A stretch of DNA of 64,000 nucleotides, taken from NCBI GenBank assembly GCA_963667035.1, contig OY762964.1:2912001-2976000 (forward strand), in the 5' to 3' direction. Position numbers and translations under genes: made by a program. Shown in pieces: positions 1-9,694 of this stretch. This DNA is from Candidatus Cloacimonadales bacterium. GTDB taxonomy: Bacteria > Cloacimonadota > Cloacimonadia > Cloacimonadales > JAFGVF01. Each line of letters begins with the position of its first letter. Position 1 is the stretch's first letter. The notes beneath the pieces are model-generated. The model was not told where the DNA came from. It searched no databases and worked only from the letters and a program-made list of their open reading frames with translations.

Positions 1-207
1 GAAGACACCGGATGTGGAATCCCGACAGAGAATCTGGAGAATATATGGAGACCTGATTTTACTTCTTGGAAAGATGCTCAAGGAACCGGATTAGGCTTGG
101 TAATATGTAAAAAAGCAGTAGAAAACTCTCAAGGTGAGATTTCTGTAAAAAGTAAAGTTGACAAAGGTACATGCTTTACTTTAAAATTTACTCGGATAAA
201 AAACTAA
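1..207 (+). CDS. Sensor histidine kinase, C-terminal fragment (HATPase_c), truncated by the window start
   Basis: Frame 1 reads EDTGCGIP...F...GTGLGL...GTCFTL, i.e. the G1/F/G2 boxes; stop TAA at 205-207; directly upstream of a response regulator. Not in the ORF track. Confidence 0.9.
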   Translation, partial: EDTGCGIPTENLENIWRPDFTSWKDAQGTGLGLVICKKAVENSQGEISVKSKVDKGTCFTLKFTRIKN

Positions 208-220
208 TATAGGAGGAGTT

Positions 221-823
221 ATGAAAACTATTCTCATTGTAGATGATAAAAAGGTTTTAAGAGATGCTCTAATAGATTATCTCGGAAGTAATGAATATGA
301 ATTTGTTGAAGCTGAATCAGGAGAAATTGCCCTTGAAAAAGCAAGAGAAGCCAAAATAGACCTAGTTCTCCTTGATGTTAATTTACCAGGAATTGATGGC
401 ATAAGAACTCTTAAACTTTTAAAGAAAATCGACCCTACACTTATCATCATTGGACTTACAGGTGAATTAACTATTGATATACGTAATGAACTAATTAGAA
501 ATGGTGCTGTCGACGTTCATGCTAAATCTGCTATATATGAAAAGCTGATTCCGGCAATTGAAAAGGCATTGGATGGTTCAATTGAATCAACCGTATTATC
601 TGATGATCTTGACCTTGTTGCTGTTGCTGATAAGCTTAAGTCCGAAAACAGATGGGAAGAATCTGCCATTTATCTAAAAGAAGCTGGTTTCGAGCAAAAG
701 TTAATGGGTAACATTAGCATAGCTAAAGAGCTCATGAATGAAGCAGTTGCAAGGTTTGAAAGAGCAGGCAGAACTTCAAAAGCAAAACAATTACGAAATT
801 TACTGGAAGAGTTATTCATTTAA
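221..823 (+). CDS. Response regulator: receiver domain plus a helical C-terminal domain
   Basis: ILIVDD, LLDVNLPG (phospho-acceptor Asp), LTG and K motifs; AGGAGG RBS upstream. Confidence 0.9.
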   Translation: MKTILIVDDKKVLRDALIDYLGSNEYEFVEAESGEIALEKAREAKIDLVLLDVNLPGIDGIRTLKLLKKIDPTLIIIGLTGELTIDIRNELIRNGAVDVHAKSAIYEKLIPAIEKALDGSIESTVLSDDLDLVAVADKLKSENRWEESAIYLKEAGFEQKLMGNISIAKELMNEAVARFERAGRTSKAKQLRNLLEELFI

Positions 824-863
824 TCTATCCAGATAGTATACAAACAAGACCTAATCAACAAGA

Positions 864-968
864 AAAGTTGTACAGAGAAAGATACTACGTAAACTACATG
901 ATATTATATCCTACAAAAGAGCGTCAGCAATCTTTGCGGATTACGTAATTGTTTACATAAAAGGGTTA
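864..968 (+). mobile_element. Heavily deleted relic of the IS481-like element at 44465-45853
   Basis: Four collinear blocks match the reverse complement of 45768-45814 (42/47), 45557-45588, 44918-44936 (19/19) and the inner part of the terminal repeat near 44472-44486. Confidence 0.75.
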
Positions 969-994
969 TCCTTCGGGTGATAAAAACAACCTAT

Positions 995-1091
995 TCTTCT
1001 TTACTTCTCCTTCATCTCCCTGCAGTAATTCCTGTGAAACACTTGGGAAACACTTGGGTAATCCTTAGGTAATCCTTGGGTTAATTACCAA
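995..1091 (+). repeat. 97-bp dispersed repeat with five 11-bp units (CTTGGG[AT]AA..), copy 1
   Basis: Units at 1031, 1042, 1053, 1064 and 1075; 87/97 identical to the reverse complement of 44349-44445. Confidence 0.9.
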
Positions 1092-1225
1092 GAAGTAGCT
1101 AATTTATTAATAAGTTAGAATTGATTTTAAAGCAATTGTTACTGCTTAGAGTAGAAAGAGGAATATGAATTAGAGAGAATATTTCGAAAAGGGTGTAAAT
1201 TGATTTAGCTTTGTTAACAGCGTGA

Positions 1226-1259
1226 ATTAAAGAGAGTTACTTAAGTAACCCTCTTTAAT
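1226..1259. terminator. Probable intrinsic terminator downstream of mfd, possibly bidirectional
   Basis: Hairpin ATTAAAGAGAGTTAC...GTAACCCTCTTTAAT between convergent genes. Confidence 0.6.
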
Positions 1260-1283
1260 CTATTAATAACTGTATTCCTATAA

Positions 1284-4200
1284 TTACTTCTTTGTCTTTA
1301 ATTCATCTATTATACTCTTGAATTTACTTAGGTAATTTGTACTTAGATATATACTATCCTTGTGACTTGCTACTTTCTTATCAAATTCGATTATTATTCT
1401 TAATCCTTTTGTAGTGTCAAATTTGACATTAGATGTAACTTGTGTAATGAACTTACCAATTGCAGCTTGAGGAGGAAGTGTTTTCTCATCAAAATCCATT
1501 ATCAATGCTTTATCTCTTACCTTTACAGAAGCTAATCCTGCTCCTGTGGCCATAAATTTCAGTTTGTGGAAATCAACTGTCTTTTCTGCTCTTTCGGGAA
1601 GCTTACCAAATCTATCTTCCAGTTCAACCTTAAACTCATCGAATTCTGCCGAACTACTAAAATCTCCCAATCGTTTATACATCTGGATTCTCAATGTATC
1701 ATCTTTTATATAATCTGTTGGGAAAAACACGTCCTGTTTCACAGATATTTTCTTTAATGGTACAGCCTCTTCTTCAAAAGCCATGTTACCTGATTCCAGA
1801 TGTTCTACTGCTTGTTGTAATAGTCTGTTGTAATAGTTTATACCCACAGTATTAATCAATCCGCTTTGCTTTGTTCCAAGTAGATTACCGGCTCCTCTTA
1901 TCTCCAAATCTCGCATAGCAACTTGAAAACCAGCTCCTAAATAATCATACTCAGCAATTGCTTCAAGACGCTTCATTGCTATTGGAGTCATACCTTTGGG
2001 GACAAGAAGATAAGCGTAAGCTCTCCTTGAACTTCGTCCAACTCTACCTCTCATCTGGTATAATTGAGCTAATCCGAATCTATCAGACCTGTTAATTATA
2101 ATAGTGTTTGCATTAGGTATGTCAATTCCGTTTTCTATAATAGTAGTAGATATCAATACTTGAAATTTATTATGAACAAAATCATTCATCAACGTCTCAA
2201 GCTGTCGTTCCGGCATCTGGCCGTGTCCAATTGCAAATGACACATTAGGGAGCAACTTCCTAAGTTTTTCTGCTTCTGAATCTATAGTCTGTACTCTGTT
2301 GTGCACATAGAAAACTTGCCCACCTCTATCAACTTCCCTTTGAATGGCCTCTTTTACTACTGAATCATTGTAGGGTGTTACAACTGTTCTAACCGGTAAA
2401 CGTTCTTTTGGTGAGGTCTGAATCAAAGAAATCTCTTTTAACTTTGATAGAGCCATGTTGAGAGTTCTCGGAATTGGTGTGGCAGACATGTAAAGTGTAT
2501 CAATATTTGCTTTAAAACTTCTTATCTTATCTTTTTGTCTTACACCGAATCTATGCTCTTCATCCACAATAAGCAAACCGGCTCTCTTAAATTGAACATC
2601 TTTGGATAACAACCTGTGGGTACCAACAATTATATCTACTTCACCAGTTGCTAAACCGGCAAGATCATCTTTGATTTGTTTAGGTGTTCTGAATCTTGAT
2701 AACATTGCTATTCTAACCGGATACTGGGCTAATCTTTCACGGAATACATTGTAATGTTGCTCAGCTAAAAGAGTTGTAGGTACCAGCACTCCAACTTGAT
2801 ATCCCGACATTACGACCTTGAAAGCCGCTCTTATAGCTACTTCTGTTTTACCAAACCCAACGTCACCGCATAATAATCGCTCCATTGGATAAGGAGCCTC
2901 CAAATCGCTCTTTATCTCTGCAGTAGCAGTCTTTTGATCCGGAGTGTCTTCGTAAATAAAAGCATCCTCCATTTCCTCCTGCCACACAGTATCTCTTTCA
3001 ATACTTAAACCCGGTCTCATTTTTCTTTCAGCATACAAATTAAGAATATCCTCAGCTATTTCTTCAATTTGCTTTTTTACTCTCTCTTTAGTGTTATCCC
3101 AACGTTTACTTCCGATTTTATTCATCTTTGGAACGACACCTTCATCAGCAACAAATCTTGTTACCAGCTTTAACTGATGAGTTGGTACATAGATTTTATC
3201 ACCAGCTTCATATCGTAAGGCAAGACATTCAATCTGATTCCCATCAAGTGTCAGAAGCTCCAATCCTTCGAACATACCTATCCCATGATCAATATGGACA
3301 ATATAATCACCCGGTTTTAATGTTTCATAATCCACAAGAGCTTCTTTTCTTGTAAACTTACGCCCTTTTTTCTTGTATCTATTAAAAATTTCATGATCTG
3401 TATAAATTGAAAGTCTTATATCTTCAAGATTAAAGCCTTTATGCAAAACACCTATTGTAAAGCTCAGTTTACTACTAAGTCTGATAAGCATTTCTTGCAT
3501 ACGCTTACTCTGACTTTTATTATCAGATTGTATAACAATACTCCAACCTTTATCAATGTGTTCATCTAAAAACTGTTCAAACATAGTTAAATCATTAAGC
3601 ATAACCTCCGGAGGCTTATATGGAACAGCTCTAGATTCTATTTCTTCGTGAAAGAGTTGTTTATTGGCATTAAGCAAATAGTATTCTCTTTTCTTTATTT
3701 GAGTAAAAATCTCTTCTCCTGCAAACATTTCATCAGGCTTGGGGAGAAGAAGTGTGCTTGTTTTCACTTCCCTTTGATAGTATTCAAATAATTCTTCATA
3801 TATATGTTGAACTTCATTTTCCAAGTACTGTATTTCATCAAAGAAGAAGATAGTATTATCACCGAAATAATCTGGTATAGTCTCTGTTTGTGGTAGTAAT
3901 ATGGATACATCATTCTCTATTGAATTGTAAAAGAATCCCGATTCATTCTGTTGCCATCTTAGTGAGTCCCTATCAATATCATTAATACAAAACTCCCTCA
4001 TAGGCATTATATTCATGAATTTAATTACATTTCCTTTTGAGCGTTGCGTTACAGGATCAAAATGGCGTATAGACTCAATCTCATCTCCAAAGAAATCCAA
4101 ACGAATAGGATAATCAAATCCGGGAGCAAAAATGTCTATTATCCCTCCCCTATGAGCAAACTGTCCTAGCTTATTAACTTGATAATCCGACTCATATCCC

Positions 4201-4697
4201 ATCTCAACAAGTTTAATAATCAATTCTTCCTGGTTTAATTCAACACCTTGCTTAACATTAATCAAGTTCTGCTTAAAACTGTCTTTAGGTACTATTCTTC
4301 TTAAAAGTGAACGTAATGAGATAACAAAAACTCCGGGTTCATCCTCCAAGATTCTTGTTAATGCTTCTACTCTCTTTGCTCTGATTGAATAGTGTGGTGA
4401 ACGTTGCTCATACGGTAGAACTTCATAATCAGGAATAATCGCACAATGCCTTTCTCCTATAAGAACATCTAAGTCTTCAACATACTCTTCTGCAATCTTA
4501 TCATCAAGAGCGACAACGAGAATATTTTTTTTAGTATGGCTAAAAGCATGTGCTACCAATAACATCTTCAAACTATTATTAGTTTTATAGTAGCAAACTC
4601 CTCTGTTAGAGCTTTCTAAATCAGAGTTGAATGCTCGAAAGAAAACTGATCGGTCAATATGACTTAATAACTGTTGATAAAATCCACTCATCTTCAT
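1284..4697 (-). CDS. mfd: Transcription-repair coupling factor
   Basis: UvrB-homology N-terminus, RID (HIDHGIG), CGDVGFGKT, DEEHRFG, SATPIPRT, QMRGRVGR and a TRCF C-terminus. Confidence 0.97.
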   Translation of the reverse strand: MKMSGFYQQLLSHIDRSVFFRAFNSDLESSNRGVCYYKTNNSLKMLLVAHAFSHTKKNILVVALDDKIAEEYVEDLDVLIGERHCAIIPDYEVLPYEQRSPHYSIRAKRVEALTRILEDEPGVFVISLRSLLRRIVPKDSFKQNLINVKQGVELNQEELIIKLVEMGYESDYQVNKLGQFAHRGGIIDIFAPGFDYPIRLDFFGDEIESIRHFDPVTQRSKGNVIKFMNIMPMREFCINDIDRDSLRWQQNESGFFYNSIENDVSILLPQTETIPDYFGDNTIFFFDEIQYLENEVQHIYEELFEYYQREVKTSTLLLPKPDEMFAGEEIFTQIKKREYYLLNANKQLFHEEIESRAVPYKPPEVMLNDLTMFEQFLDEHIDKGWSIVIQSDNKSQSKRMQEMLIRLSSKLSFTIGVLHKGFNLEDIRLSIYTDHEIFNRYKKKGRKFTRKEALVDYETLKPGDYIVHIDHGIGMFEGLELLTLDGNQIECLALRYEAGDKIYVPTHQLKLVTRFVADEGVVPKMNKIGSKRWDNTKERVKKQIEEIAEDILNLYAERKMRPGLSIERDTVWQEEMEDAFIYEDTPDQKTATAEIKSDLEAPYPMERLLCGDVGFGKTEVAIRAAFKVVMSGYQVGVLVPTTLLAEQHYNVFRERLAQYPVRIAMLSRFRTPKQIKDDLAGLATGEVDIIVGTHRLLSKDVQFKRAGLLIVDEEHRFGVRQKDKIRSFKANIDTLYMSATPIPRTLNMALSKLKEISLIQTSPKERLPVRTVVTPYNDSVVKEAIQREVDRGGQVFYVHNRVQTIDSEAEKLRKLLPNVSFAIGHGQMPERQLETLMNDFVHNKFQVLISTTIIENGIDIPNANTIIINRSDRFGLAQLYQMRGRVGRSSRRAYAYLLVPKGMTPIAMKRLEAIAEYDYLGAGFQVAMRDLEIRGAGNLLGTKQSGLINTVGINYYNRLLQQAVEHLESGNMAFEEEAVPLKKISVKQDVFFPTDYIKDDTLRIQMYKRLGDFSSSAEFDEFKVELEDRFGKLPERAEKTVDFHKLKFMATGAGLASVKVRDKALIMDFDEKTLPPQAAIGKFITQVTSNVKFDTTKGLRIIIEFDKKVASHKDSIYLSTNYLSKFKSIIDELKTKK

Positions 4698-4802
4698 TAC
4701 CTCATAGCATGATTTCTAGTAAGAGTAGTTTGTGCAAGAAAATATTTTTTGACAGTAATTAGTCATTTCCGATTATTTTGTCAGATAGAAAAGGAGAAGA
4801 TT

Positions 4803-7463
4803 ATGAGGAATAAATTATATTTATTGTTAGTGTTACTATTTGTATACACATTTACATTGATAGCTGTTCAGGCCTCACCTGAAAAAACTTTTTGGAAACA
4901 GTCAAATGGAACAGAATTAGGCATATTTGTTAGAGGAGATGAGAGAGTTCATTGGGCGGAAACTATTGATGGTTATAAGTTATTGGATGCAGGTAATGGA
5001 GATAAAGTGTATGCTATCCAAAACGATACCGGAGATATGATTCCTTCCGATGTTATCGCCTCTAATCCAAATCAAAGATATATAAATGAAGTCAACTTTT
5101 TATCAAGTATTAGAAAGGATATTTTCTTTAGTCACAGACAAATTAACCAAATGAAAAGTGTTTTACAAGAGAACAGACAAGTTAGAGACGGATTTCCAAC
5201 TATAGGCACTAATAACCTGCTTATGATTCTTGCTAATTTCAGTGATACTTCCACTCAATTCGCTCAATCAGACTTTGATGCTTATATGAATGAAGAGAAT
5301 TACAACGGAGTTGGTAGCTTTAGAGATTATTATCATGAAGTATCATACAATCAGTTAACAGTGAACACTACCGTTACTCAATGGGTAACCTTACCAGGTG
5401 GTCATGATAATTACAGCGATTGGGGATTATTTGCACGTCAGGCTATCGATGCTGCTGAAGCTGCAGGTATAGATTTCTCTCAATTTGATAATGACGGTGA
5501 TGGTTATGTTGACGGAATTGCTATTATTCATCAAGGACCAGGACAAGAAGCAACAGGTAATCCTACAGATATATGGTCCCATAGCTCCAGTTTAAGTTAC
5601 TCAGGTTATGAAGTTACTTATGATGGAGTAACCGTTAATGCCTATACTGCTCAACCTGAAATTTATAACGGTCACATCAGCACTATAGGAGTTATGTGTC
5701 ATGAATTCGGACATAATTTAGGAGCACCCGATTTCTACGATACAGACTACGAAACAGGAGGTTCATACACCGGGACCGGACAATGGGATTTAATGGCTGG
5801 AGGATCGTGGAATGGTGATCCGGGAGGTTCTGTACCACCTCATCACAATCCGTTAATGAAACAATTTTTTGGATGGTGTGAATTTACAGATTTAGACCAA
5901 TATTCTGATTTAACGAATATCACAGTAACTAACTCAAATGAAGCACCTGATTTTTATATCTATGAGACTGAAAATGATAATGAATACTTTATCGTTGAAA
6001 ACAGACAACAAATTAGTTTCAATTCCGATGTACCGGGACATGGATTGTTGATTTATCATTTCGATGAAGACTATGTGATGCAACATGCTTATCAGAATGA
6101 TTTAAATGCTACTGCCCATCAGGGTTTTTACCCTCGTGCATATGATGGCAATATAAACTCTGCTTCATGCCCGTTACCCGGTTCAATGATAATTAATTCT
6201 TTCCATGACTGGAGTAATCCTAATAGTCTTAGTTGGTCAGGGTCCACAACAAACAAACCTATAACTTACATTGACGAAACAGTTGGTGGTGATGTTACAT
6301 TTAATTTTTTAGACATGGATATACCTTATTCTACCTGCTCTTTAGATGAACCAGTAGCTGGCTCAATATTCCTACAGGGGGAATCAATACATATTTCTGC
6401 AAGTCCATGGAATAGCTTGGATTCAATTGATAACCTAGAGATATACATTAATGGTAGTCTTAATTATACTCTAACTGATGCACCTTGGGAATATGATTAT
6501 CTTACAGATGGTCACACAGGACAAATCCTAATTGGTGTAAAAGTCAACTCTACAGATGGAAGTTGGGCACAAGAAGAACATTATGTGGAAGTAGCTAATG
6601 CTATCACAATTGTTGCAGAAGACTTTGAAGGATATTCTCCCGGCGATTTTGATATTGCAAACTGGCTGTCAGTTGATAATGATAATGCAAACAGCATTAT
6701 GTTAAGCAATTATGATATCCCATGGGAAGGAACAACCGGAGCATTTGGTATCGTAGATACAAGAACTCTTTTCCCTAATGACGATAGCATAGCATTGTCC
6801 GGTTATCATACTCTTGCAGCTATCAGAGCTGATGGGGTAGATAACAATGATTGGTTCATCTCACCTAAAATTCATATTGACGGAGGAAGTTACTCCCAGT
6901 TTTACCATAGATCTTATGGTAATAATCCTATGAAATTCAGAGTTATGATATCTGCTGGTAGTACTAATTCTGATGATTTCATTAATGCAACAGGTGATAC
7001 AGTTTTTGAATCAGGTGATAATTGGACCATGCAAAGAACAATGCTAACTGCATATTCCGGCTCAGATATACGAATTGCTATAAATTGTGTTTCTGATAAC
7101 GATAGTGAACTTTTATTGATTGAAAACTTTATTATTCTCTCTGCTAATGGTGCTGTTCCTAACAATGAAGAGCTACAAACTCCTTTAGTAACTTCATTAG
7201 AACAAAATTATCCTAACCCTTTCAATCCGGAGACCTCAATCACATTCAGTATTAAGGAGGTCGGTATAGTTGATTTATCAATCTATAATATACTTGGGCA
7301 GAAGGTTAAAACTCTTAAGTCTGAGAAGATGAATCCAGGTAGTCATACAGTTGTTTGGAAAGGAATAGATAGCGAGAATCAACCGGTATCGTCCGGAGTT
7401 TATTTCTACAAACTAAGTCAAGGTAGCTATACTAGAACTAAGAAGATGCTTCTCCTAAAATAA
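4803..7463 (+). CDS. Secreted M6-family (immune inhibitor A-like) metalloprotease with Ig-like, cleaved-adhesin-like and C-terminal FlgD/secretion-tail domains
   Basis: Signal peptide from ATG 4803 (AAGGAG RBS); intact HEFGHNLGAPD zinc motif; WDLMAGGSW; QNYPNPFNPET...SSGVYFYKL tail. Confidence 0.9.
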   Translation: MRNKLYLLLVLLFVYTFTLIAVQASPEKTFWKQSNGTELGIFVRGDERVHWAETIDGYKLLDAGNGDKVYAIQNDTGDMIPSDVIASNPNQRYINEVNFLSSIRKDIFFSHRQINQMKSVLQENRQVRDGFPTIGTNNLLMILANFSDTSTQFAQSDFDAYMNEENYNGVGSFRDYYHEVSYNQLTVNTTVTQWVTLPGGHDNYSDWGLFARQAIDAAEAAGIDFSQFDNDGDGYVDGIAIIHQGPGQEATGNPTDIWSHSSSLSYSGYEVTYDGVTVNAYTAQPEIYNGHISTIGVMCHEFGHNLGAPDFYDTDYETGGSYTGTGQWDLMAGGSWNGDPGGSVPPHHNPLMKQFFGWCEFTDLDQYSDLTNITVTNSNEAPDFYIYETENDNEYFIVENRQQISFNSDVPGHGLLIYHFDEDYVMQHAYQNDLNATAHQGFYPRAYDGNINSASCPLPGSMIINSFHDWSNPNSLSWSGSTTNKPITYIDETVGGDVTFNFLDMDIPYSTCSLDEPVAGSIFLQGESIHISASPWNSLDSIDNLEIYINGSLNYTLTDAPWEYDYLTDGHTGQILIGVKVNSTDGSWAQEEHYVEVANAITIVAEDFEGYSPGDFDIANWLSVDNDNANSIMLSNYDIPWEGTTGAFGIVDTRTLFPNDDSIALSGYHTLAAIRADGVDNNDWFISPKIHIDGGSYSQFYHRSYGNNPMKFRVMISAGSTNSDDFINATGDTVFESGDNWTMQRTMLTAYSGSDIRIAINCVSDNDSELLLIENFIILSANGAVPNNEELQTPLVTSLEQNYPNPFNPETSITFSIKEVGIVDLSIYNILGQKVKTLKSEKMNPGSHTVVWKGIDSENQPVSSGVYFYKLSQGSYTRTKKMLLLK

Positions 7464-7488
7464 ATATAATCCGTTATATCATAGGAAC

Positions 7489-7520
7489 AGGCTATTGAGC
7501 AATGCTCAATAGCCTCTTTC
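7489..7520 (+). terminator. Intrinsic terminator
   Basis: Perfect hairpin AGGCTATTGAGC-AAT-GCTCAATAGCCT followed by CTTTC. Confidence 0.7.
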
Positions 7521-7800
7521 AATTAATCTTGTAATAAGTAAAAAGTATTAACTCCTGTTAACTTAAAATTTACTTTATCAGTTTTTACAACTTTTACTTC
7601 TTGTTACGTAGTATCATATATAATGCAGATATGATTGATAATATTTATGAATTATAATCAACTCCTTGAAGAATAATTTCTTAGCTATGGAACAATTTTT
7701 GTATAATATTTTCAATGGTAGTTTTGAATCGTAACATTTACATAACAAGGCAATTTGTTAAACCTTTGTTTATCAACATGTTACGTCTTGGAGGAGATTT

Positions 7801-9525
7801 ATGAGAAAAATTTATATAGTATTTGCTTTGTTAACTATGTTTACAATGTTGAATGCAGAAATTATTCATATTTTTGGTGAGGTTAGTTTAAACATAAATG
7901 AGCAGCTAACTCCTATTGAAGGAGCAACAATTGAAGTTGATAATGTTATCGGAAATGTAGTTACAAACAATGAAGGACAATATCAAATTGATGTAAATTG
8001 GATATGGAATGGTCCAATATATATTAATTGCAATAAAGAAGGTTATAACTCATTAACTCAATCAATTCTTCCTAGAGATACTGACACACAAATTAATTTT
8101 GAATTAGAGATTTCTGAGATAGTAAGAACAATTCATGGTAGAGTACATTACATTGATGCTCAAAACTATTATAATCCTATTGAAGGAGCATCTGTGGGGA
8201 TTCAAGGAACTGATTATCATGCAGAAACAGATGCTAACGGCAATTACAATATTGATTATTACTGGGACTGGGATGATTCTATCAGTTTAACTTGTTCAAA
8301 AAGTGGTTACAATCAAGTTATTCAGAATGTAATTCCGATTAATCTCTCAGAAGAAATTAATTTTCAAATGATTCAGAATTATATTGTTCATAGCCATGTA
8401 CTATATGGTACTGTTTTAAATTCTGATAGTGGAATACCTGTAAATAATGCTGAGATCGAAATAGTTAATTGTGGAAACAACACCATTTCGAACTTAAATG
8501 GTGATTATGAATTATCTTATGATTGGAGTTGGGATGGTCCAGTTATTGTATATTGTACGCATGAAGAATATCAAACACAAATTGTTAGCTTTTATCCCGA
8601 AAGCAATACTTCAGAAATAAACTTCACCCTTTCGACTGAAGAAAGCCCTTCCTCTATAACAATACAAGGGTATATAACTCAGGCATATCCTAACAATGAT
8701 ATCCCTATAGCTGGTGCTGTTATCTCATTTGGAGCTCCTGGAGAAGCTCCTGTTAAAGCAGAGATTAGTTTGAACACAGGCTTCTATTCTTGTTCCTTAA
8801 TACGGTATTGGGATGGACCGATTAATATTAATTGTCATTATCCAGGTTATTATCATGTATTTATGGACTATACACCTAATAGCGATATGAATGATTTAAA
8901 TTTCTTTATGCAACCGCTTCCTCCAATATTTACTCCTCCAAGAAATTTAATAGCTGAGATTATTAATGGTGAATATGCTCATCTTGTTTGGGAAGCACCA
9001 TCAAATTGGCCATTAGAGGGACAAGTGAACTATAGAATATATATAAAAGAAAATGATAATCTAAGCTTCCATCCTCTAGCAACAACACACGATACTAGCT
9101 ATAACTATGAGTTTACTATATCTGAAAGTGGTGAATGGATGGCTGAGTTTGCTTTAACAGCATTTCAAGATAGCACAGAGACTGATTTTAGTAATTTTGT
9201 GACTATTGGTCATTCTACATCTGTTAACAATAATACCCAATTAATAACTAATACTCAATTATCTGTTTATCCCAATCCTTTCAATCCAAGTACAAATATT
9301 TATCTCGAATTAACTAAAAATTATACAGTTAAAGCAGAAATCTTTAATGTAAGGGGACAACTTGTTAAAGAGCTTTACAAAGGTATACTAAAAAAAGGTA
9401 GTAATACATTAACATGGAAAGGAATTGATAATGATGGTAAAAACGTCAGCTCCGGAATCTATTTGTTAAAGATACAAACAGATAATAACCATATATATTC
9501 CAGAAAATTGTCTCTAATAAAATAA
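7801..9525 (+). CDS. Secreted protein with four carboxypeptidase-regulatory-like beta-sandwich repeats, an FN3-like domain and a C-terminal secretion-tail domain
   Basis: Signal peptide; repeats of the form G.V...PIEGA...T...G.Y.I...W.W[DN]G P...C...GY...INF; VYPNPFNPST...SSGIYLL tail. Confidence 0.75.
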   Translation: MRKIYIVFALLTMFTMLNAEIIHIFGEVSLNINEQLTPIEGATIEVDNVIGNVVTNNEGQYQIDVNWIWNGPIYINCNKEGYNSLTQSILPRDTDTQINFELEISEIVRTIHGRVHYIDAQNYYNPIEGASVGIQGTDYHAETDANGNYNIDYYWDWDDSISLTCSKSGYNQVIQNVIPINLSEEINFQMIQNYIVHSHVLYGTVLNSDSGIPVNNAEIEIVNCGNNTISNLNGDYELSYDWSWDGPVIVYCTHEEYQTQIVSFYPESNTSEINFTLSTEESPSSITIQGYITQAYPNNDIPIAGAVISFGAPGEAPVKAEISLNTGFYSCSLIRYWDGPININCHYPGYYHVFMDYTPNSDMNDLNFFMQPLPPIFTPPRNLIAEIINGEYAHLVWEAPSNWPLEGQVNYRIYIKENDNLSFHPLATTHDTSYNYEFTISESGEWMAEFALTAFQDSTETDFSNFVTIGHSTSVNNNTQLITNTQLSVYPNPFNPSTNIYLELTKNYTVKAEIFNVRGQLVKELYKGILKKGSNTLTWKGIDNDGKNVSSGIYLLKIQTDNNHIYSRKLSLIK

Positions 9526-9694
9526 CTTACTCACCCTTAAATGTAGGAGAGCTAAAGAGCTCTTCGGCATATTTTTTCTCCCAATTAATGACATCAGACA
9601 TTACTAACTTTCATCTTTTCCAGAAAATAACTTTACAAGTGAGAATTTGTAATTGTTTTGGACAATGGTATATTATGAATATTAAGGAAAGTGT

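Noticed and set aside
1031..1085. Possible CRISPR array in the 11-mer repeats or the REP modules
   Set aside because: The units are contiguous or separated by only a few bases, there are no unique spacers of about 30 bp, and no cas genes are present.
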